Below are positions 1 to 8,952 of a stretch of DNA of 44,532 nt, piece after piece. Position numbers and translations under genes: made by a program. Position 1 is the first letter of the stretch; every line of letters begins with the position of its first letter. The stretch is taken from the NCBI GenBank assembly GCA_017546085.1, contig JAFYXQ010000005.1, forward strand, positions 1 through 44,532. Reading direction: 5' to 3'. The notes beneath the pieces were generated by a model, which saw only the letters and a list, made by a program, of their open reading frames with translations, was not told the origin of the DNA and searched no databases. The DNA is from Alphaproteobacteria bacterium (GTDB taxonomy: Bacteria > Pseudomonadota > Alphaproteobacteria > Rs-D84).

Positions 1-128
1 ATTACCTTTTGTTAAGTTCTGGGGGTATTATAGACACAAAATTCCCCAATCGCAAATTATTAATAACATATTGCTTTTGAATAAAAATTTAATACAATAT
101 CAATAATAGTTAATATGAGGGTTGTAAA

Positions 129-572
129 ATGTTAGATAAAAAAGTAAAGGTTTTGGTTAAATTACCATATAGTCTCTTGCAAAAAGTTAAACATATGGAA
201 CTATGTCCTGAAATATCACATAAAAAAGCCGTTCAATTGATTGAAAAAATATCTGAACAAACCCCATATATCAAAGGATGTTCACTATTATTATGCGCAG
301 ACTATAAAATGTTCGCCGGTGTAGAAAACTTGCCTTGCTTTTTGCCACCAACAGGAACAAAATCTGAACAGGTTCTAATTCTGGATATTTATTTTTTCCC
401 AGTTATTAATCGTTGTATGTGTGGTTTGAATATTGATAATAAAGCAACCCGTGGCGCCACAAAGGCATGTATAAAAAATATAAAGGCCGGAAAATGCTGC
501 GACCCAATTATACGTGATACAATCGGAAAAATCTTGTTTGCCGAAAAATATAATAAACAAAAAATAAAATAA
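129..572 (+). CDS. hypothetical cysteine-rich protein (147 aa; Met23 is an alternative start)
   Basis: Only long sense ORF in this interval, and it is followed by hairpins at 579-613 and 641-670. It has 9 Cys, including a KCCDPIIRD motif. No family recognised. Confidence 0.4.
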   Translation: MLDKKVKVLVKLPYSLLQKVKHMELCPEISHKKAVQLIEKISEQTPYIKGCSLLLCADYKMFAGVENLPCFLPPTGTKSEQVLILDIYFFPVINRCMCGLNIDNKATRGATKACIKNIKAGKCCDPIIRDTIGKILFAEKYNKQKIK

Positions 573-578
573 ATTCCC

Positions 579-613
579 CCGGCTTTTTTGAACATTTTTA
601 TTAAAAAAGCCGG
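579..613. repeat. 35-nt palindromic element, copy 1 (CCGGCTTTTTTGAACATTTTTATTAAAAAAGCCGG)
   Basis: Perfect 11-bp arms flank a 13-nt loop. Near-identical copies lie at 12810-12844 and 15587-15621. Confidence 0.75.
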
Positions 614-640
614 TAATTTTATTATTTTTCTGTAATTTAT

Positions 641-670
641 AAAAAACACCGGTGTTTGCCGGTGTTTTTT
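641..670. terminator. bidirectional intrinsic terminator hairpin
   Basis: AAAAAACACCGG-TGTTTG-CCGGTGTTTTTT has a 12-bp stem with A/T runs on both sides. It sits between convergent ORF 129-572 and pheT. Confidence 0.6.
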
Positions 671-674
671 GTTT

Positions 675-2978
675 TTATTTATCACGTATTTGTGCGTTAC
701 ATTTATTTTCAACCGCATCTATGACCTTGGTCTGTAATTCTTGTAAATCAGAATCAGACATATTTTCCGTCGGTTGAATTGTTATCGTAAATGCAATTGA
801 CTTTTTCCCATCAGATAAATCAAACGCATCAAATACAACAACGTTTGTTATGCGATTATCTGCCGCCTGAGCAACAGATGTTAATTTTTCAGCTGGTGTA
901 TCCGTATTTACAATAAACGCAAAGTCGCGCGATATTGGTTGATAATCAACCAGTACAGGCTGTTTACCAACACGTTTTGCCGGCAAATTTGTAATATCAT
1001 CAACTATTCCAATTACAACATTTGTTTTAATACGTAATTTTTTCGCAACAGATGGGTGCAATTCACCAAATTCTGCGATTTTCTTTTTTCCCTGCATTAT
1101 TGCACCATAACGGTATGGGTGTGCCCATAACGGTGGATTTTCAGAAGATACTGTGAAACGCTGACCCTGCATTAATGCGATTAAATCTGCCTTGATATCA
1201 TATATATCAATATCACGATTGCGACGCGTCCAATGTTTTGGTGATGTGGAACCACTGCGTACAATACAAATCGATGTATGCTGCTGTCCCGGCATATCGC
1301 CATCAAATATAGTTCCAAGTTCAAATAAATTCAAATCAGGAAAACCACGTTTTTCATTGTTTGAAACCGCAATCAATAATCCAAATAACAGACCATTGCG
1401 CATTGTGTCATAATCCGTGGTTATTGGATTTGATATTTTTATATTTGGTTTATCTGATAACATTTGTTCGATTGCCAAATTACCAAAACCAAACGAACGA
1501 CATTCGTTTAACCCACGTGATGCCAATAATGTTTTTAAATTTATTTCATGCATATCATGTGCCTGTCTATCACCGACGGTATGTTTACCTGTTGATATAA
1601 CCCTATCGTAACCATATATACGCAATAAATCGGCCACCACAGTTTCAGGAATTTCAACATCAACACGTGATGTTGGTGGGGTTACAATCCATTCATCTTT
1701 TTTAATATCAACAATATATCCCAAACGTTTTAATATTTCTTGTTGGGTTTCTGAATCCATATCCATACCCGTTTTTTTCAAAAAATATTTTGGTGTATAT
1801 TTTATATTAACCTTTGTTTTAATATCTGTGCCTGCCGCAAATGCACTTACAATTTTTCCACCACAAGCAGACATAATTATATCCGCAGCTTTCATCGCAG
1901 CAATACCCGTTATTGTTGGGTCGATACCACGTTCATATCGATATGATGCATCTGTTGATATTCCTAATCTTTTTGCAGATTTACGAACCGATACAGGGTC
2001 AAAATATGCACTTTCTAAAATAATATTTTTAGTTTCATTTGTTGTGGAACCACGCGAACCACCAATTACACCAGCCAGTGCTAAAATGCCCGCAGCATCA
2101 GCAATAACCATATCCGTATCAACCAATTCGTGTTCATTTCCAAACAGGTCTGTGAATTTTTCACCGTTTTTAGCCATACGTACAATGATATCGCCTTCAA
2201 TTTTACCTGCATCAAAACAATGCATAGGTTGCCCCATGTCATAACAAATATAATTCGTTGCATCAACTGGCGCATTCTTTGGATTTATACCAATTGCAGA
2301 TAAACGTGATGCTATTTTTTCATTACTTGGGTTCATGGTTATATCGCTGATTTCAATCAACTTGTATGCATGACACTTATCTGTTTTTACAACAACCTTG
2401 CGATTACCAGATAAGGATTCAAATTCCATGTCTTTTGGTGCAATATATTCGCCAATACCTGCGGCGGACAAATCACGCGCAATACCACGAACAGATAAAT
2501 AATCCGGTCTATTCGGTGTAATACCCGCATCAAATACCGTTTGTTGATTAAATAAAGATGAACCAATAACTTTATCTGATGGTAATTCAATAATACCACT
2601 ATGATCATCACCGATACCAAGTTCTTTTGCAGAACACATCATACCATCTGATAAAACACCACGTAATTTACCTGATACGATTTCATGACCATCAATAATA
2701 CACCCCGGTATCGCCAGCGCAGATATCAAACCCACGCGTGCATTTGGCGCACCGCATACAACCTGACGCAGGGTACCGGTACCATCATCAACCATTAACA
2801 CATGTAAATGGTCGCTATTTTCATGGGCTTTGCATTCAACAATCTTTGCCACAATTGGTGAAATAGTTGTTTGAAGATCTTCTACCTCTAATCCAATACG
2901 GGTTAACGTATCCGATATTTTAGACGCGGATGCATCTGTTTTTAAATAATCTTGTAACCAATCAAGTGTCCATTTCAT
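675..2978 (-). CDS. pheT: phenylalanine--tRNA ligase beta subunit
   Basis: 767-aa ORF directly downstream of pheS. It has an N-terminal tRNA-binding (EMAP-like) region, B3/4 and B5 regions and a C-terminal anticodon-binding-like domain, with typical PheT length. Confidence 0.95.
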   Translation of the reverse strand: MKWTLDWLQDYLKTDASASKISDTLTRIGLEVEDLQTTISPIVAKIVECKAHENSDHLHVLMVDDGTGTLRQVVCGAPNARVGLISALAIPGCIIDGHEIVSGKLRGVLSDGMMCSAKELGIGDDHSGIIELPSDKVIGSSLFNQQTVFDAGITPNRPDYLSVRGIARDLSAAGIGEYIAPKDMEFESLSGNRKVVVKTDKCHAYKLIEISDITMNPSNEKIASRLSAIGINPKNAPVDATNYICYDMGQPMHCFDAGKIEGDIIVRMAKNGEKFTDLFGNEHELVDTDMVIADAAGILALAGVIGGSRGSTTNETKNIILESAYFDPVSVRKSAKRLGISTDASYRYERGIDPTITGIAAMKAADIIMSACGGKIVSAFAAGTDIKTKVNIKYTPKYFLKKTGMDMDSETQQEILKRLGYIVDIKKDEWIVTPPTSRVDVEIPETVVADLLRIYGYDRVISTGKHTVGDRQAHDMHEINLKTLLASRGLNECRSFGFGNLAIEQMLSDKPNIKISNPITTDYDTMRNGLLFGLLIAVSNNEKRGFPDLNLFELGTIFDGDMPGQQHTSICIVRSGSTSPKHWTRRNRDIDIYDIKADLIALMQGQRFTVSSENPPLWAHPYRYGAIMQGKKKIAEFGELHPSVAKKLRIKTNVVIGIVDDITNLPAKRVGKQPVLVDYQPISRDFAFIVNTDTPAEKLTSVAQAADNRITNVVVFDAFDLSDGKKSIAFTITIQPTENMSDSDLQELQTKVIDAVENKCNAQIRDK

Positions 2979-2993
2979 AATTATACCCCCGTA

Positions 2994-3941
2994 TTAGAAT
3001 CCTGCTGTTTTTAACCAACGAATATCATTATTATATAAGTCCCGCAAATCTGGCAGATTGTATTTTAACATCGCCAATCTGTCCCATCCAAAACCAAAGG
3101 CAAATCCCTGATATTCGTCTGGATTGATTCCACAATTACGTAATACATTTGGATGAACCATACCAGCACCCATTAATTCCAACCATTTATCATTTTTCCA
3201 TTTCATATCTATTTCTATAGATGGGTCTGTAAATGGAAAATAAGACGGACGTATGCGTAATTCTACATTTTCAATACCAAAATATTTTGATAAAAAAGCA
3301 CGAACATCTGCCAACAAATCTGACATTGTTACGTTTTTATCAACATATAACCCTTCTATCTGACCAAACATTGGACCATGGGTTGCATCCCATTCTTTGC
3401 GATATGTAGAACCAACACCAAACATTTTAATTGGCACACCATCAGATTCCATTGCACGTATTTGAATCGAAGATGTTTGTGTACGCAATACATTCCCATT
3501 ATCAAGGAAGAAACTGTCTTGCATATCACGTGCAGGGTGATGTATTGGGGTGTTTAATGCAGTAAAGTTATGCCAGTCATCTTCGATTTCCGGACCTGTG
3601 TACATTTTATATCCAAATGACTCTAATATTTCAGAAATTTCTGACAAGCTCTGTGTCAATGGATGTAATGTTCCGCGATTTTCGGGCATTGGATTTAATG
3701 ATACATCCAATTTTTGCTTTTCCAACGAAGCCATTAAAACAGCGTTTTCAATTTCCGTTTGGCGTGTTTTAAACAATTCACGCAACGTTTGATTTTCCAT
3801 ATTTAATGCCGCACGCGCATCATTATCCAAGTTTTTCATTTCTTTCAAGCGCGCCGTCATTGTGCCGTTTTTACCATATGTCGCCGCATGCAGTGCCTGT
3901 AATTCTTCGAGTGTATTTATCTTTTTTATTTGTTCTTGCAT
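2994..3941 (-). CDS. pheS: phenylalanine--tRNA ligase alpha subunit
   Basis: 315 aa with class II aaRS motifs (HPARDMQDSFF, FRKEWDATHGPMFGQIEG, GFAFGFGWDRLAML). It lies 15 nt upstream of pheT. Confidence 0.95.
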   Translation of the reverse strand: MQEQIKKINTLEELQALHAATYGKNGTMTARLKEMKNLDNDARAALNMENQTLRELFKTRQTEIENAVLMASLEKQKLDVSLNPMPENRGTLHPLTQSLSEISEILESFGYKMYTGPEIEDDWHNFTALNTPIHHPARDMQDSFFLDNGNVLRTQTSSIQIRAMESDGVPIKMFGVGSTYRKEWDATHGPMFGQIEGLYVDKNVTMSDLLADVRAFLSKYFGIENVELRIRPSYFPFTDPSIEIDMKWKNDKWLELMGAGMVHPNVLRNCGINPDEYQGFAFGFGWDRLAMLKYNLPDLRDLYNNDIRWLKTAGF

Positions 3942-3976
3942 AACTTTACCCTATATAACTTTTTATTAAAAAAAAT

Positions 3977-4000
3977 AAAAGCCGTCGTTTGACGGCTTTT
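3977..4000 (-). terminator. intrinsic terminator/attenuator hairpin between rplT and pheS
   Basis: AAAAGCCGTC-GTTT-GACGGCTTTT forms the hairpin. On the minus strand it is followed by a T-run (complement of the A-run at 3968-3976). Confidence 0.55.
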
Positions 4001-4033
4001 ATTATTACAAAAGATATACCTGCCGACAAGGTA

Positions 4034-4402
4034 TTATTTAGATTCGGCAGTGATAAATCGTTTTGCTGTGTCAACCAATTTGGTGAAGTTTGCATCGCCT
4101 GCATATGCCATTTCGGCCAAAACCTTGCGGTCAAGTGCAATACCTGCCTTCTTCAGACCATTCATAAATTGACTATAAGTCATACCATTTGCGCGTACTG
4201 CTGCGTTGATACGGACAATCCACAAACCACGAAATTCACGTTTTTTAACGCGACGGTCGCGATATGCATACTGACCCGCTTTTTCTGTTTTTTCACGCGC
4301 AGCGCGATATGTTGAATGATGACGGCCCAAGAAACCCTTGGCACGCGCCAATATCTTATTATGTTTTTGTTTTACGGTTGTTCCACGTTTTACTCTTGCC
4401 AT
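4034..4402 (-). CDS. rplT: 50S ribosomal protein L20
   Basis: 122 aa starting MARVKRG..., basic, with the conserved L20 N-terminus. It lies downstream of rpmI. Confidence 0.95.
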   Translation of the reverse strand: MARVKRGTTVKQKHNKILARAKGFLGRHHSTYRAAREKTEKAGQYAYRDRRVKKREFRGLWIVRINAAVRANGMTYSQFMNGLKKAGIALDRKVLAEMAYAGDANFTKLVDTAKRFITAESK

Positions 4403-4419
4403 GACTGTACCCCCTTAAA

Positions 4420-4623
4420 TTATTTCAAACCATATGGGGCCAGTATTTTCGCCTGTCCAACCATGTTATCGTTCAAATACTGTGGCTTTGCACCTGCCTT
4501 GTTTGCGCGGGCAGATTTCTTGCGCAACAGTTTCTTATGAGAGTTTCTTGCAACGCGGATTTTTCCAGTTGCAGTCATAGAAGCACGCTTCTTTAAATAT
4601 GACTTTGTTTTTAATTTTGGCAT
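4420..4623 (-). CDS. rpmI: 50S ribosomal protein L35
   Basis: 67 aa starting MPKLKTKS..., lysine/arginine-rich, immediately upstream of rplT. Confidence 0.9.
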   Translation of the reverse strand: MPKLKTKSYLKKRASMTATGKIRVARNSHKKLLRKKSARANKAGAKPQYLNDNMVGQAKILAPYGLK

Positions 4624-4765
4624 TTTATATCCTTATTGTTTTTAGATAGTTTTTTTTGTCTGATGGCAATGCCTTGCCACTTCGACTGCTGATTATTTTG
4701 ACATAAATAAATGAAAAATCAAGTTTTTATTGAATATCTGGTTTTTTAGGGTTAAAGTAAGCGCG

Positions 4766-5590
4766 ATGAAGCAAAATAAAATATCTTCTAAAATCTATCC
4801 ATTAATCAGAGCTGTGGCAGCAGCGATGGTTTTGCCTGTTTTGTTTATATATATCATGATTGCAAAGCCTGATTATAAAATAATGAACGCATTATCACAT
4901 GTTGTTGTACCGGTCGCACAGTGGATAGGAAACATTGTTACATGGCCAATTCGTGCGGTCGGTGGTGCAATTGATAATATCGGAGAAATGTCAAATTTGC
5001 GGGCTGAAAATGAAGAATTACGCATAAGATTGGATGAGGCATTAAACAACCAAGCTATCTGCAGTATCGCAATAGAAGAAAATAAAAAACTGCAACATGA
5101 ACTTGATATCACAAATACACAACCGCGTGATACAGTTATCGCTGATATTATTCATGATAATCGTGCAATCGGACATAATACATATATTATTAACCGTGGT
5201 GCAAATAAGGGAATTGAGCCAAATATGGTTGTTATGTCACCAAATATGATGCTGGCAGGAATTATTATTGATGTTGCACCACATTTTTCACGTGTACGGG
5301 CATTGACTGATTCTGATACAAATATCGCTGTACGCGTTGTCGGGTCAGAGGTTTATGGTTTTATGACAGGTAATGGTTCAAGCACACCAACAATGGGATT
5401 TTTTAGCGACCCTGAATTTCAACCGTCCGCAGGAATAAAATTAGTTACAAGTAATATATCAGGTGTTATACCATCAGGCTTAACCGTTGGGGAAATGATT
5501 GATGAATCTGATGTTAAAATATATCCTGTATCAAAATTATCACGCGTAATTGTATTAAAATTCGATACACCACAAAACGAATATAAATGA
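4766..5590 (+). CDS. mreC: rod shape-determining protein MreC
   Basis: N-terminal TM segment, coiled coil (LRAENEELR) and a C-terminal beta domain ending in the TSN.SGV.PSGL.VGE pattern. The ATG at 4766 is preferred over the TTG at 4730. Confidence 0.8.
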   Translation: MKQNKISSKIYPLIRAVAAAMVLPVLFIYIMIAKPDYKIMNALSHVVVPVAQWIGNIVTWPIRAVGGAIDNIGEMSNLRAENEELRIRLDEALNNQAICSIAIEENKKLQHELDITNTQPRDTVIADIIHDNRAIGHNTYIINRGANKGIEPNMVVMSPNMMLAGIIIDVAPHFSRVRALTDSDTNIAVRVVGSEVYGFMTGNGSSTPTMGFFSDPEFQPSAGIKLVTSNISGVIPSGLTVGEMIDESDVKIYPVSKLSRVIVLKFDTPQNEYK

Positions 5591-6042
5591 AAGAAAATAT
5601 TGTTTCTTTTTTGAAAAAATCTTTCCCGTTTTTGTTAACAATCGGGTTGTGGCGACTGTCCACACCAATATGGAATCCTGCGGGAATACTTGCCATTATC
5701 CCAATATTTTATTGCAGTTTTATTAGACCAATTCCATGGTTTGCATTGTTTAGTGTTTTTATGTGCTTTGTTATTGATTATAAATTTGAAACTATTTGTT
5801 TTTGGGTTGCGATGTATTGCCTGTTCTATGCGATAAACAGCTTTCAAAATTTAATCGATATTCAACGCATGGATAAAAATGCGATTTTTGCATTTCTTGT
5901 TTTTTTTGGTATATGTATAATTTTACAGATTTTTTCAAATCTATCTTTTATAAACCTGATTAATGGAATTTGGATTTTTATGTGGGTAACGTTGTTATAC
6001 ACACCAACAGTGGTATTAATCAAAAGGATTTATCATGATTGA
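5587..6042 (+). CDS. mreD: rod shape-determining protein MreD (polytopic membrane protein)
   Basis: 151-aa hydrophobic protein. It has an ATGA overlap with mreC and overlaps the mrdA start. The call is positional. Confidence 0.55.
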   Translation: MKENIVSFLKKSFPFLLTIGLWRLSTPIWNPAGILAIIPIFYCSFIRPIPWFALFSVFMCFVIDYKFETICFWVAMYCLFYAINSFQNLIDIQRMDKNAIFAFLVFFGICIILQIFSNLSFINLINGIWIFMWVTLLYTPTVVLIKRIYHD

Positions 6043-7800
6043 TACCGAAGTTTCACGTACATTCGATAGACGTAGTGCCTTGTTCCTGACTGCGGGTGCG
6101 GTATTAACATCTGGACTGATTTTGCGTATGTTACAAATGCAATTATTTAGCTATCAGACCTATAAGAAAAAAAGCGAAAACAACTCATTTCGTATTCAGA
6201 TTAATATGCCTGAACGTGGTAAAATACTATCGCGAAGTGGCGTACCTATTTCACGAGATATGCCGATATATCGTATTTATATTATTCCGGAAGAAGCCAA
6301 GGATTTAGAATACCTGATTCAAACGTTGCAAAAGGATTTGAATCTGAAACCAAAACGTGTTGAAAGTATTCGTAAAAAAATAAAAAAACAGATGAAATTT
6401 CAACCCGTATTGGTTAGTGAAAATACAAACTGGAAAAAACTGGCGCAAATTCAAGCAAAAAATATTTCTGGATTACATGTGGAAAGTGGTTATGCACGTG
6501 TGTATGAAATGGGACCTGCGGGGGCACAGATTTTTGGATATGTGGGGAACCTGCAAAACCCGTGCCAAACACACCATTTTTAACAACAGGCATTACTGGA
6601 CTTGAAAAGAAATTTAATGATGTTATGAAGGGTGATGCCGGAAAAACTGTTATGATAACAAATGCAGTTGGACGTATCACTGGTGAAGATAAATCTTTAT
6701 TCGTTCCACCAATAACAGGTGATGATGTAAAAACAACTATTGATGCAAACACACAGCGCATATTACATGACGCGTTAACACAACATCGTTCTGGGTGTGG
6801 TGTGGTTTTAGATATTAAATCTGGTGATATTTTGGCAATGGTTTCAACCCCAAGTTTCGATCCAAATATCTTCCGCGAAGATGATGGTGATGAATATATC
6901 GATAATTTACGTAATGATATCGCAAAACCATTTATGAATAAAACAATCGAAGGTTTATATCCCCCAGGTTCCACATTCAAAATAGTTGTAGCATTGGCAG
7001 CATTAGAAGCAGGCGCAATAACAGAAAAAGAAAAAATATTCTGTCCAGGACATTGGGATTACGGGGATAGACGTTATCACTGCTGGGAAGATAAAGGGCA
7101 TGGTTATGTCGATTTAGCAGGTGCATTAAAACATTCTTGCGACATATATTTTTATCAAATCGCATTACGTATCGGTATTGATTCTATCAAAGAAATGGCG
7201 ATAAAATTAGGACTGACAGAAAAATATATGGATGATATTTTATCGCGTGAAATGGCAGGGGTTATGCCAGATAGATATTGGAAAGAAAAACAAGTTGGTG
7301 CCCGTTGGGTTCATGGCGACACGATTATTTCAGGAATCGGTCAGGGATTTATTTTGACAAACTGTTTGCAATTGGCAGTTATGATGGCGCGTACCACATC
7401 AAATAAAAATGTGATTCCACGTATTATAAAATCCGACCAAAGACCTGTATTTAATAATCTAGGATTACAACAGAAAAATATCAAATTTGTTCTGAACGGT
7501 TTGGAACAGGTTACAAAAAAGGGTGGAACCGCCGCAGGAAGCGCGATTAATGTGGACGGAAAACGTATGGGCGGAAAAACAGGAACTTCACAGGTTCGTA
7601 GCATTTCTAAAAAAGAACGTGAAAGTGGGGTTCTGACAAATGAACAATTAAAGTGGCATATGCGAAACCATGGATTGTTTGTTGGATATGCACCAACTAA
7701 TAATCCAAAATATGCAGTTTGTATTGTTACAGAACATTCAGGCAGCAGCGGTCCTGCAGCACGTACTGCAGCAACAGTAATGAAGGAATTATTAAAATAA
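6035..7800 (+). pseudogene. mrdA: penicillin-binding protein 2 (elongasome transpeptidase), interrupted by a frameshift near 6555-6583
   Basis: The N-terminal part (6035-6583) has the TM anchor and pedestal, ends ...FGYVGNLQNP and stops at TAA 6581-6583. The other frame (6562-7800) continues ...PNTPFLTTGITGLEKKF and carries the transpeptidase motifs STFK, SCD and KTGT. Confidence 0.85.
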
Positions 7801-7802
7801 CA

Positions 7803-8948
7803 ATGGTAAAACAAACACGTGTTTCAAATGCAAATATGATGATGTTTTCTGAAAAACTAAGCCGTTTTTCATGGGGCTTGTTTGTACCAATGTGTATGGT
7901 ATTAACAATTTCAATTGTTGTTTTATATTCCGCAGGTGGGGGCAATTGGAAACCATTTGCACTGTCCCAATTAATAAAAATTATACTGGGATTTGGGGTA
8001 TTTTTCTTTGCTGCATTTAGTAATATAAAAACATGGGTAAAATCTGCATATATGATATATGCAATCGCATTAATTATGATTGTATTGGTTACATTTGTGG
8101 GACACACTGGTATGGGTGCACAAAGATGGCTAAACCTTGGGTTTATTCATATACAACCGTCTGAATTAATTAAAATTGCGCTGGTATTAGCATTGGCGCG
8201 ATATTTTGCATGGTTTAATTCTGTGGAATTAGGACAAATAAAAAATTATATGGTACCTATGTTAATGTTGATGGTTCCGTTTGGTTTAATTGTTGCACAA
8301 CCTGATTTAGGAACAGCATTATCACTTGGTATGATTACAGTTGGGGTATTTTATATTGTTGGGGCAAACAAAAAATGGTTTATTATTGCGGCTGTGCTGG
8401 GGCTGATGGCAGCACCTGCAATTTGGTTTGGTGGTTTACACGATTATCAACGTGGCCGAATTATAACACTGTTTAATCCAAACAGTGATTTACAGGGGGC
8501 AGGATATCAAATCAATCAGGCAAAAATAGCATTTGGCAGTGGTGGTATGACCGGTAAAGGTTATATGCAGGGTTCGCAATCACAACAATCTTTTTTACCA
8601 GAAAAACAGACTGATTTTATATTCACTATGCTGGGCGAAGAATTTGGATTTATTGGTGCGTTTGGTCTGCTGATGATATATACATGGATTGTAATTTTAT
8701 TATTTTGGGCCGCAAAAAAATGCAGAAATAGATTTGGACAATTAATTTGTTTTGGTTTTATGTTGAACTTTTTTGTTTATTATTTTATAAATATTTCTAT
8801 GGTTTTGGGATTACTGCCGACAGTGGGGGTTCCGTTGCCGTTGATGTCATTCGGGGGCAGCAGTTTATTATCACTAATGTTCGGATTCGGATTATGCCAA
8901 AACGCATATATTCACAAAGACCAACAATTATCTGCAAAGGGGAGTTAA
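7803..8948 (+). CDS. rodA: peptidoglycan glycosyltransferase RodA (SEDS family)
   Basis: Polytopic 381-aa protein with SEDS signatures (QPSELIKI, PEKQTDFIF, GVPLPLMSFGGSS). The ATG at 7803 follows the mrdA stop. Confidence 0.9.
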   Translation: MVKQTRVSNANMMMFSEKLSRFSWGLFVPMCMVLTISIVVLYSAGGGNWKPFALSQLIKIILGFGVFFFAAFSNIKTWVKSAYMIYAIALIMIVLVTFVGHTGMGAQRWLNLGFIHIQPSELIKIALVLALARYFAWFNSVELGQIKNYMVPMLMLMVPFGLIVAQPDLGTALSLGMITVGVFYIVGANKKWFIIAAVLGLMAAPAIWFGGLHDYQRGRIITLFNPNSDLQGAGYQINQAKIAFGSGGMTGKGYMQGSQSQQSFLPEKQTDFIFTMLGEEFGFIGAFGLLMIYTWIVILLFWAAKKCRNRFGQLICFGFMLNFFVYYFINISMVLGLLPTVGVPLPLMSFGGSSLLSLMFGFGLCQNAYIHKDQQLSAKGS

Positions 8949-8952
8949 GGAT

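Noticed and set aside
1828-2244. 138-aa plus-strand ORF inside pheT
   Set aside because: It is an antisense shadow of a confidently identified gene.
6414-6980. 188-aa minus-strand ORF, and the similar ORF at 7341-7814
   Set aside because: These are antisense shadow ORFs inside mrdA. The plus-strand frame carries clear PBP2 motifs.
7719-7802. Upstream extension of rodA; similar extensions exist for lpxK (20939), ychF (15375) and lpxC (21901)
   Set aside because: The extensions overlap the preceding genes. The conserved N-termini begin at the internal ATGs.
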